From Chlorokybus atmophyticus (lineage: Eukaryota > Plantae > Mesostigma and Chlorokybus algae), in the NCBI GenBank assembly GCA_009103225.1, contig RHPI01003156.1, positions 740,159 through 804,158 on the forward strand: a DNA stretch of 64,000 nt, in the 5' to 3' direction. The notes below the pieces were generated by a model. The model searched no databases. It saw nothing but the letters and a program-made list of their open reading frames with translations, and had not been told where the DNA came from. The translations under genes and the position numbers were made by a program. Shown piece by piece: positions 49,001 to 60,387 of the stretch. Position 1 is the first letter of the stretch. Every line of letters starts with the position of its first letter.

Positions 49001-52000
49001 ACCACAGGTGCAACACATCATATGCTGTGCAATGGCAACAACTTACTTGGGCACAGCTGCACGCGAGAGCATGTACCCGGCTTCTGCGACATACACCAAA
49101 CCACAATGTGCGCTAAAATTGCGCGCCTGCAGCATAAAGCAAGGTACAGTGTTGCTTGTGGTGAAAAGCCTTGCTTCGGCAGTTTACACACAATTACCTG
49201 TTGGTAGGAAAGGGCATGTATAACACCACCACAAACTTCAAGGAATGTGTCAGGAGTGATGCTGTGCAGGTCTTGAACCGTCAAGGAAGCCTGAATCTCT
49301 TTACCACCCCGTTGAAACACAACCTCAATCTGGCAAGGCCAGAGTCAGCACAACAGATCGCGGCTGGCAGTTGACATGCTGGTAAAGGCCAGTTTGCAAC
49401 TGTCTTGCAGACTAGTAAGCGTGACCTTGTAGTGAACATGCGCCCATAGAAGAACGCGCACCTGTTTGCCGACATGGTCATCAAAGGTGGCCTCAAGATC
49501 TAGGAATTGTGTCATGACTTGATCTTGCATTTTGATAAGTACATCGCCAGGCTCAAGAACCGACGCTGCTGGCCCGTTCGGAACAACAGAGTCCACCACA
49601 AGCATGCCAGTCTCCTCAGTGCCTTTCACCTAAATTTCAACCACTCAAATTGAGTATGAATGAATGCAAACAGAGCATGTAGTATACGCCTGCTGCAACA
49701 TGCACACTGCTTGCCTTGCGAACAAGCTCCTCCGTTTGGGTCTGCAAACCCAACCTTCTAGTCTCGTCAAACCCTTTATGACTAAATGTGACCTGCAGAC
49801 AACAACGCCGTCAATAACTGCAGGTCACAGCTGCGCACACCGAGGGATGCTTTTCCAGCATGCAAACAAGTTGGTAGATCTCAACAGTAGCAAACATGGA
49901 ACTTACACGTGTAAAAACTTTCCATGTCATCAAAGCAACAACGCGTTGGAATCAGCAACCAGTAACTCTCTTAGTGCGGATGTGCTAGCTATTGACAGTG
50001 TGCACAACAACCATACCTGCAGTGTTCCTCGCGCAATCTGCGGAGCTGGAAACCCGGTAGTGGGTGACCATGAGCTCTGGAGCATCTTCAGCGCCCGCAC
50101 AACACGGTCCAGTGGCAGGAAGAATGCGGAACTAGACTTCGTCTTGGACCCCGCATTCAGTGCTACTGCATGCCCACGTGCATCTATAACAGGGCTACCA
50201 CTGCTACCCCCTTTTGTGCCCGATGCTGCCTGTCATGAAAAAGCACTTTACTATCACCACGAGCCCATGACAACCGTGCTGCTGTGCATGCAAAGCCAAC
50301 CTGCAAATAAAAGGTGTTGAAGTCATTGTATCCATCTGAGCGATAGAAAGGCGCATCTCTGTCCAGCCTTGCAATGGTACCCGACAGAATGGAAATTTTC
50401 TCACCAGAGTCATTGCCCACAACTCGAATTTCTAATCCCACCTGCGAATGACCACAGTTATTCAGTGGTACACAACAAGGTGAAGACACTAATGGACTGG
50501 GGTACAACCTGGGCATAAACTTGACTACTGCTTACATGTGCGCCCTCAGGGGCCAGAGGGACTTCGCCCACTTCCATAAATTGCAGAGCCTTGGGATCAA
50601 ATCGCATGAACCCGAAGTCATGCACTGGGTCTCGGTAGAGGGGCTGCACAACGATACATGTTGACCGACCAATGCACTGCTATTTCGCACGGCACCAACA
50701 AGCCCTGCTCTGCTTCAGCGCAAGGACATTGACAGGCAGTGCTTACATGGACAGGTATCTCCTCTCTGTTAAGGAACACGGCCTCAGCCACAACTGGGCC
50801 AGGCTTGACGACATGGCGATTGGTCAACAGCAGACCGCGCTCTTTGTCGACCACGAAGCCTGTAGCATAGCTGGAGCCAGCAGACTCGGTATCAAAGCTG
50901 CGGGTTGCAGTGACACGCAGCACCACCTGTGGCCATCAGACACGTGACACATTGTTGATAGATTGGGTTCAAATGCCCGTGACTGACGACTTTTGGCTTT
51001 TGACAAAACAACTTACTATAATTAATGGGCAATGAACAATGGACAAAGGACTTACCACGCAAGGGACAACATTCTCCAACGCTGATCGCCAATCGTCCTG
51101 ACTATGGCTGACAGACTTAGGAGACCTCACAGCACCATTGACGTTGAGCGCCGACTCCACCAAAAGCGCCTCCATGGGCATGGCTGCTTCCTCTGATCCA
51201 GACGTTGTGCCAGCCATCTGCGACTAGGCGAGTAACACCACAATAAGTTGTGCACACGCGCAGCTGTACAAGTCTGTTGGTGCATTGCAACAATTGACTG
51301 CCTATTGAACACGACCTGTGCACACTTGGCTGTGCACATGGGCACTGCCGCAACCATCCTGCACAGCAAGCACGCACCGGCAACACCAGCTTTTGTTGGC
51401 GGAAGTTTGTCACTCGACAACATGTCAACTAGCAACCAACCACCAACTGCGTAGCTGTTGAGTATGACAGCTAGCACTTTGAAACAGACACCACAGGCGT
51501 TGCCTGCCAAGCAGACAAACTTGACGTCTCACGCTACGCGCATGCAGTGCAGAAGCCAAAATACGCACGCTCAGGCACCTATGCATTAGTAATCTGCAAG
51601 GAGCTGTGGCCTACCACACGTAAAACCACGGTACAAAGCCACTCACTTGGTACGCCTTCACCCGCATACGTTCATCTATACAATGAGCATGGTCGCACGC
51701 TGCGTGCCAAAGCTGTCCGCTGGCACGATAGTGACTGACCGATCTACCAAGCAGCTGTGGCCCGCAGCCACACGTTTAGGCTACAAGGTATCGCCAATAC
51801 AGTAGGCCTCCACCCGCGCATACATTCATACAGTCATACAGTAAGCATCGTGACACGCGTGCCAGTGCTGCAAGGTGTCTGCACTCAAGCAAGCCGCTTG
51901 CTTACTTCCATACAGCAGTGCGGTTGCACAATTTGCGACTGCCGGCGTCGGCGCTGAGCAGCGCTCACAGGCCAAGCAGCCGTAAGGGTGGTAGCAGCAG

Positions 52001-52193
52001 CACCAGCCCTCCTAGAGCTCAAGCTGTGCGCGGCACCCACCGCCGAGGCCGCCCTGTGGCAGCTTCTGCTGGCTCCTTGGGCGCCTCTAGCAGTAGAAGC
52101 CCTAACGCCCAAGCAGCTGCTGCTACCACTATAGTAGCTGCCCTGCGGCCTCAACCACAACAGCCTAGCGTGCTGCTGCCGGCATAGCTGCAT
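46016..52193 (-). CDS. DEG7: DEG7/Nma111-type HtrA serine protease (tandem protease/PDZ architecture)
   Basis: Catalytic motifs [15 protein letters not shown] and GGSSGSPV; [14 protein letters not shown]; [10 protein letters not shown]; C-terminal [12 protein letters not shown]. Downstream ATG at 51217; a putative transit-peptide exon lies at 52193-51906. Confidence 0.92.
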
Positions 52194-52657
52194 GCCCCCA
52201 CAGCACCAACACAGTCAACAACCACCCTTTGCTGCTCACCCGCCTGCTGCCCAACAAACGCCGCCGTCAATACATTCATAAATCATCATTTGAGTCATCG
52301 GTTCCCTCATTCGGAATGAGTCATTCCTGCCGGCCAACTGACACGTACACGTGTACCAGGTACCAGGTAGTTTGCAATCTGCTGTCGCTAGTCCCAAATA
52401 CGGTTAGGACTAAGACTGTTCTTTGTGCAACCTGCTTGATAAATCGGAGCCGGGCCTGATCAGGGACTATGTTGGTGTCTGTGAAAACATTGCTCAATGA
52501 GTCCCGGCTCGGGCCCTGCCGCGGAGCGAAGGATTGCACAGTGCTTGCAGGCAAAAGATGTTAGCGAAAGGGCATCAAACTGACAGGAAACAGGACGGCT
52601 AACGGCATGGGCGCATCAAATTTTGTGCGAGGGGGCACAGCTTGTGCGTAGCACTGC

Positions 52658-52666
52658 AAACCCTAA
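52658..52666 (+). promoter_or_regulatory. Telo-box upstream of PheRS beta
   Basis: AAACCCTAA, 64 bp upstream of the ATG. Confidence 0.55.
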
Positions 52667-52729
52667 CCCCAACACTGTCTCCTGCGGGTTGACGCCGCCG
52701 TTGGCGTCGCTGCCGCTGTCGCCGGCGCC

Positions 52730-55700
52730 ATGCCGACCGTCAGCGTTGGACGCGATCTTCTTTTCGAAGCGCTGGGAAAGTCATACAGTAAGTGTTGCCG
52801 TTGGGCTGTCATTGGGAGCAGCTTGAGTTCACGTTTGCATGCCAGCATGTTTCATGTGCATGTGACATTTGCATGTTGTCAAGTTGATGGTTCTGCATGT
52901 CGGCAGCTGATTAATGTTAATGCTGTGTTCTTTTTCAGCTGAAGAGGAGTTTGATGAGCTATGCTTTGAGTTCGGAATCGAGCTGGACGATGTGGTCAGT
53001 GTGAATACAAGCACACATTGCACGGAATCTCAAGCACGCATTGCATTGTTCAGGACGAGGGTATTACTGAAGCTATCATCGGCTGTGTTGCTGTGTCTGT
53101 TGGTCTGACAGCATTACGCTGTTACAGACGACAGAAAAGGCAATCATTCGAAAAGAGAAGCACTTGGCAGATGAGGCAGATGAGGATGAAGAAGTGATTT
53201 ACAAGATCGATGTGCCTGCCAACAGGTATGTGGCTGCACTGGCGTTATTGTGGGTGAGTTCTTGTTGATGTGCAGAGCATTGCTTTTGGTTATCTGATGC
53301 GACGAAAAACCGAGCTGTTGTGTTGCAGGTATGATCTGTTGTGTCTTGAGGGATTGGCCAGAGCGCTGCGTGTATTCTTAGGCACAGAGCCAACACCAAG
53401 CTTCAAGCTTGCGGACGTTCCTAGGAGTCAACTGCAAACATTGACAGTTAAACCTGAGGTATGGATGTTCGTTGATGCAGCAAACATTATATACACACAA
53501 TATGCTCAGGGTTGGTGATCAGCACGCATCTACTTGTCAACATGCGAATAGCACAAGCGCACTTGCTCCATTATGACCTGGCATTTGTGGTGGTTGTGCA
53601 TGTGCAACTGTGCTAATTGGGAGTGATCCTTGTCTGCAGACGGCTTTAATACGACCTTTTGTTGTTGCTGCCATACTGAGGGGCATGACCTTTAACAGTG
53701 CACGCTATCAAAGTTTCATTGACCTTCAAGAGAGGTTGCATCAGAACTTATGCAGGTGAGCGCATGCTCTTAAGCTGTGAGTTGTGACATTTGGAGCTCA
53801 GTAGCAGGCCGAGATGGCATGCTTGTGTGTACTGCACAACCCTGCAAGCGCTGTATCTCAACCCATGCAGGCGTCGAACACTGGTAGCTATTGGCACCCA
53901 TGACTTGGATACGCTTCAGGGACCCTTTACATATGAGGTTTGCAGTGTTCAAGTGCTGAGAACTGGCACAACTTTGTTGTTGATGTTCGTGTATAATGAT
54001 GCTGCATCAACATGCAGGCGCTGCCTCCACAAGACATTCGCTTTGTGCCGTTGAAACAGGTCTGTGGTTGAACATTCTCACTGTTAATGCCATGGCTGCG
54101 TAACTGGAGTAACCATGCTTGTTGTAATGGTGCTTGCCGCAGACCCGCGAGTTTGCTGCACCGGAGCTCATGGAGTTCTACAAGGTACCAATGAGGGCAT
54201 GGGCATAGCAAATGTGCCGTGTGTTGAAACAGAGCCCCCTCCTCCCCCACACGTGCGCCTGATTACGAAACAGGCCCTTATGGCACAGTGAAAATCGTAA
54301 ACTCAATGGCACGATCCAAGGACTTCAGACCTGTGAAGTCCTTGAATCGTGCCACCCACCCCCACCCCCACCCCCCGCGCGCGCGCGCGCGCGTCGTTTC
54401 TCAGCGCTTGCGCTACCCCCAGTTGTTTGCTGCGACTGCAGCAGGCAGGCTCTGGCTGTGACTTCTGAGCACCAGCTGCAGTCGCCAGAACATTGATGGC
54501 ATTGCGCCTACGACAAGACGTGTCTGGCTGCTGGTCACTCAATGCCACATCCAAACCTGTTGCGTGGCGTGTAAGAGCGGACAGGGGGGGTTGGGGGGGA
54601 GTGTCAGAGTGTGTCTGCTTGGGCTAATACCTTTGCTGCCTGAATAGATGACGGCAACGGTACAAACCGTAGCAACAGCAATGCTGTACAGCTCATGGCA
54701 AGCTTGCAGGACAGCATCAGTACCTCAATGCTGGCCGTGCCAAACACACCGTGAGACATGTGCAAAACTTTTGTCTATCCCTCGTGTACACGAATGTGAC
54801 CGTTGAATGTTTGACCAGGAGTGCTACATGACACCTTCACAGTGTTATGGTTCTGTTGGGTCCAGTCAAGGTGGTCTAGTAAGAGAGCGTCACTTTGTTT
54901 GGCTTTGGCATTCTTAGCTCACTATGTGCGAATTCAGTCTGATGTGAAGCTGAAGAAGTTCCTAGGCATCATAGAAGACTCGCCAGTCTTTCCAGTGGTA
55001 CTCGACAGCAACAGGTATGGGGATGGGACATGTGTCGCAGCTTCCCGTTGCACAGTGTGCCGTAACGACATTACTTACTGCACAGGACAGTTCTGTCACT
55101 TCCGCCCATCATCAATGGGGCTCACTCCGCTATCAAGCTCCAAACCAAGAACGTGTTTATTGAGTGCACAGCCACGGATCTGACCAAGGCCAACATTGTG
55201 CTAAACACAATGGTATGCCATGTGTCCTTAAGAAGCTGCGCCCTTTGTTCAAGCATGGCAGCAAGTTGAACAATATTGCTCAAGGATAGGCCATTGCAGG
55301 TTACAATGTTTTCTGAGTACTGCAAGGAGCCATTTGTTGTGGAGCCTGTCCAAGTCATTCAGGCAGGTGAGATGTTTTGATCGCACTCCGCACATGAGAT
55401 GGATTTGCGATGCACCACGTCAACTCACAATGAGCGCACAAGTGTCTCGCAGATGGCACAAAGCAGCTGTATCCCGATATCAGTAGTCGTGATGTTGTAA
55501 GCAGCCTTGAGTACATCAACAACTGCGTAGGAGTTACATTAGATGCTTCCAAGGTATGGTGTTGCATGCTCCAACTATTGTGCTGATGGCTGTAGCCGAG
55601 TCGTGTTTGTTTGCTTCGTGGGCGTTGGTTTGTCACATTGCAGGCAGTCACTTCTGCAGCTTCCGTGTGCACAGTCAATGCACTGTCAGTCAAATGCTAT

Positions 55701-57410
55701 GCAAGCAACCTGGCGTAGTACTTTTGTCAACACTGACGTTCATTGCTGCTTCAGGTTGTGGACTTACTCAACAAGATGCAACTCAATGCTAGGCATGCAA
55801 CCAGAGAAGACGGCCAAACAGACATAGCTGTTGCTGTGCCACCACAGCGCAGCGACATTCTGCACGCTTGTGATGTCATGGAGGTAACTTCACACCCCAC
55901 ACATGTCCCGTTTAGCAGCTGGCGGTTGTGCCATGATTTATGCACACCACAGGCATAGTCATAGCTGTCGTCGTTACAGCATTGCAGGAGGCTGCCTTGC
56001 CAGTGAAACGTAAGAACTTGTCCTGGCGTCTGCAACAGTGTATGTTTGGCAGGATGTTGCAATTGCTTATGGCTACAACAACCTGAAGAAGACGGTACCT
56101 AAGTGCGTTACCGTGGGTCGACAGCAACCGCTGAACCACTTTGCTGATCTTGTGCGGGAAGAGGTACGCTATATGCAACCGTGTCATGCCACGTGATTGC
56201 ATACCCATCTGTGCCTGCACCACTTACAACATTTGCCACAGGTAGCCTTAGCTGGCTTCTCTGAGGTGTTGACGTGGATTTTGTTATCTGCTGAAGAGAA
56301 TGGGGTGTTTGTAAATGGACATCCCGATCGAGTCAGCAAAACCGCAGTTGTTTCCAATCCCCGCTCCAGTGACTTCCAGGTACAATGTCTTTTAGCTGTT
56401 GATGGCGCGATGCAGAGTGCAGCTCATTTGTGATGGTTGTACGTTGTTTTGCAGGTATGCAGATCAAGTTTATTGCCAGGTGTGCTCAAGACACTTGGTC
56501 ACAACAAGGATGCACCCTTGCCAATAAAGGTGTGTGGGCTGGCTGTATCATGGAGTTGCTTTTTTTAGTTTGATCAGCGTGCAGCAATTCTTCGAAGCTG
56601 TTTGCACATTACATGCAGTTGAAACGAATCTGCCATTGCTGCATGCTGCTTGTTTGCAAACGGCTGGCTTATGGCGTTGTTGCCCCTCATTGGCAGTTAT
56701 TTGAGTGTGGTGATGTCGTGCTGTTGGATTCAAGCACAGACGTTGGGTCGCGCAACGAGCGGAAGCTCGTCGCCGTTCACTGCAGCCAATCATCTGGATT
56801 TGAGGTACTGAGGAAGCACAACAACATTGTCCTGGTGCAGTTCAAAAGCTAATTGCAGGTTATCCATGGACTTGTCAACCGGATCATGGAGGTGTTGGAT
56901 GTACCAATTCTGCAAGCAGAGAGCGCAACAGAACATGGCTACAGCATCCAACCATCACAGGTAGCGCAACATCCAATGAGATAAGCATCTAACCACACGC
57001 AATGGCGTACCCAGCAAGCAGCGCTTGCTTGGCATGCCATCACTTTTCACACCCTGCATTTAGCGACTGTAAATCATGACTGTTGATTATGGTTCTTTTT
57101 AGCGGTTTCGGGGCAAGTGTCTGGGCTGACCTGAGCGTTGTCTTGCTTCTGCTGGCTAATTTTCTTATTGCTGCAATCAGGATGCGACGTTCTTTCCCAA
57201 ACGGCAGGCCAACATACTGTACAAGCAGCAAATCGTGGGCACATTCGGAGTTATCAGCCCCGAGGTACAGGCCTGACCTTTGCATACCTCCCCACGTGTT
57301 GCTTTTTCTTGTTCGCCTACCAACCCCGTGAATGCTTGTAGGTGTTGGAGCGCTTTGACATTCCAAACCCATGTTCAGCTGTCGAGCTTAGCATACAGCC
57401 ATTCTTGTAG
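52730..57410 (+). CDS. FARSB: Cytosolic phenylalanyl-tRNA synthetase beta subunit
   Basis: [94 protein letters not shown] and FELGDVVLLD-like segment. Stop TAG at 57408-57410. Confidence 0.96.
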
Positions 57411-58355
57411 TTTTGTTTTGCAGTTCAATGTGCTGCAATCGGTCATACCATTGTTCAAGGGTGTCACCACATGGATTAGCATAGTGTAGAAAATATGCAA
57501 TGCTGTGCATGTGACTCACCATTGCACGGCCCATGCAACATACGCGAGCACAAGCACAGTCCAACATGGCAGCAACTTATTTCACCACCGGGCTGCCTAT
57601 ACAACCTAGCTAGCTTCGCTATTGCCCTTACCCTGTTAGTCAACATGCATGCATCATCACCTGCGACACCGCCAATAGCATCAGCCTTGCACCACTGGAT
57701 GTCAATGATCACCACGACCAGCAGACCAGACTCTCACCGCCACTGCTCTTCCACACCACCACCACCGCCAGTACTGCTGCTGCGGCTACCAGCTGCATGC
57801 TTAGGGTTCGTCAGTCGCACCACTCACACGCACGGAGGCATGCACGGCTCAAACTCCCTGCGTGGATGCGTCCATGTGCCCCTGACTGGTAGTGGTCATA
57901 TGTGTGTGTGTGCGACGGATGCAAGGTCAGACAATTGCACTGCTGTGTCATGCAAGATGGTGACATGGAAGGCCAGGTAACAGTACACATACCAGCACAC
58001 CCCTTTTGTACACATGCCAGTCATTGTGTGTTACACGCCGAAGCGCAGACACCGACCATGTCACAGCTCTTGATGCCACATATACACTGGAGATTTGAAT
58101 GATGTTATATACAGGGAACAGAAACATGACTGTACATGACAAGTTCGACACAGGCAGCACGTTCGCCAGTCTGTGTGCTTGTTGCAGCAGCTAGTCTAGC
58201 ACTGCAAGCATTTGTAAGACTCATGACAACAGCTGGTTGCGGCAAAGCTGTGTCCTGATCTGCAGTCATGGCCTTGCCCGTCATCATGCAGTGTCGGGTT
58301 TGAGCGTCCGCAATGCCCATTGCGGACACCAACTGGTTGCATGATGTGCCAATGG

Positions 58356-59761
58356 CTACTTGGCAGCAAAGCCCAATGCGCACATGATTGGAAAATTCAG
58401 CGTAGCACCCTTTTGAGCAATGTGCACCGGGTACTGGCACGCAGTGACGCAGCGCACATTCCACAACCCGATATCCGTGAACAAAGCGGTCATTTGTTCG
58501 AAAGAGAACCCGTCTACATGACAAACGATGTGAGCAGCATCAGTGCCAAGAATTGCTGGTACCATTAGTTCGTGTTCCTGCTTGCACCTTGATGAGGTAT
58601 ATGGTGAGCGCCGTGCGCAGTGAACAACAAGTTTGTGTACTCGCGTTGCTCAAAGTCAAAGATGGCCAGAACCCCTCCAGGCCTAAGCAGTTGAACCAGC
58701 AGCCTCAGTATACTCTTGACATCTGAGTATATAGACACTCATGAACATAAGTAAGCATACATACATACATACAGCATTGCTTACTCTGCTGCATGATCTC
58801 TGACCTTCAATGTGGTGCATCACCAAGCTGGACACAATGACATCGAAGCGGGCATCATCAAACTGCACCAAGTCCTCATCGCTTTTCAAAGCAACACGCA
58901 AACACTTCACATTGCGGATGCCCGCTGCCTCCGCCTTGGCCTCCAGCACCCGCAAGAGGACAAGTGTGAAATATTTTAATGTGTGCCTATATTTTTTGAC
59001 AACTTCTCGTAGCAACACCCAAGCTAACTGACCAAAGCGACATTACCTTAAGCATTCCTTGGGATGGATCTATGGCCATGACACTGCGCGCCCTCCGCGC
59101 GATGTCCAATGCCACGTTGCCTGTTCCGGCACCTAAATCCAACACGTCTGCCTTATCCCATCTGCGTGGCACATATGTGGTTGTGTTATCAATGGTGGTG
59201 ATGGTGAATGCAGTATGCAGTTGGTGTTGTGGTACGTTGACAAGTGATGTCGTCTCTTTGTGTCAGGGTCTGTTGCTCAGGCAACATGCACATTGTGTAA
59301 ACTCATTGTGTAAGTACACAAGGCACAACACTTGAAGGCCAATAGGACAGCGTAGGCGAACTGCATTACGCACATGGGTTCGCAACAACTGCGTAGATGC
59401 CCTTCACACAAATTGTCGCTGCACCAAGCACAAAGTGCCTGCATGTCGTGTTGCAGACGTGTGCACCCACAAGCACAACACAACAGCAGCCCCAAAACAT
59501 CAGCGCTATCTCCACATGCAAGCATGGATATCCATACATGTGTGTTCTTCTTTCCATGCACGGTCACCTCAGGTCCGGAAGCTGACTAAACAGGGTAGCG
59601 GCGACGTCCTTGGCGACCTGTACCACGCCGGGGATCTCATCGTACTTGGCGGCACGTTTGTCGAAGTCGTCAGCGTCCTCCTGCTGATGGTGATGGTGGC
59701 GGTCGTGGTGGCTGTGCTGCTCATGGCTGCTCGCCGCCTTCTCGCTGGCGTTGTCGGCCAT
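58356..59761 (-). CDS. Class I SAM-dependent methyltransferase with His-rich N-terminus
   Basis: Motif I DVLDLGAGTGNV, AIDPSQGMLK, FDVIVSSLVMHHI and LRPGGVLAIFD. N-terminus SSHEQHSHHDRHHHHQQ. Confidence 0.87.
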
Positions 59762-59800
59762 GCCGCCGTGAGGAAGCAGACGATCGCACGCACTGGTACA

Positions 59801-59849
59801 ACATATATATATATATATACATATATATGTATATATATGTAATTAATAT
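59801..59849. repeat. (TA)n-rich microsatellite, probably in a 5' UTR intron of the methyltransferase
   Basis: The TA run is followed on the - strand by acceptor tgtaccag about 30 nt before the ATG. Confidence 0.8.
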
Positions 59850-60387
59850 AAGCACCAGACCCGATTACATGCGGCTCCCTCGAAAGTCGCGAGTCTTGGC
59901 TGACCCTCGTCCAAGGCGTCGGGCACCAGCGGAGGAACCAGAGTGTCGGCAGTGAACTACTTAATTCACTACCGCCGCCGACTCGATCGCGGACGGAGTG
60001 ATCAAATTGATTCATTCCACAGGTGAACTAACTACTCACAGGCATACGCAGGCGGTGGCGTCGCTGGCGGGGTTGGTGCCGTCCACAGCGGCGGCGGCGG
60101 CGGCGGTGGCTGAGGCATAGCTGGTCAGCGTCTACTGGATGTTCTTTTCCACATGTTCGCATGTGAGCGCCTGATATTGCACATACGCCTTACATGGCTG
60201 CGTATTGCTGCGTAGACAATGTGCGCAACATACACTGCGCAACATGCATGATTGAATTGCATGTCATCAGCAGCAACTTGCAGGTAGCAGCGGTAGCACT
60301 AGCAGCAGCAACATCTATAATAGATCTTTCACAAGCGCAGAGCGACAAGGTAGTATACTTACAAGCATCTTATCGGCTTAGCAATTC

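Noticed and set aside
52321-52554. 77-aa minus ORF between DEG7 and PheRS beta
   Set aside because: No recognisable motif, and it lies in a 537-bp divergent promoter, so there is insufficient support.
57480-58350. ORFs between PheRS beta and the methyltransferase
   Set aside because: Convergent 3' UTR region with no motifs or consistent splice structure.
59850-60000. Candidate MULE terminal inverted repeat next to the (TA)n tract
   Set aside because: It is better explained as the methyltransferase 5' UTR exon and intron, and the partner terminus is not in the window.
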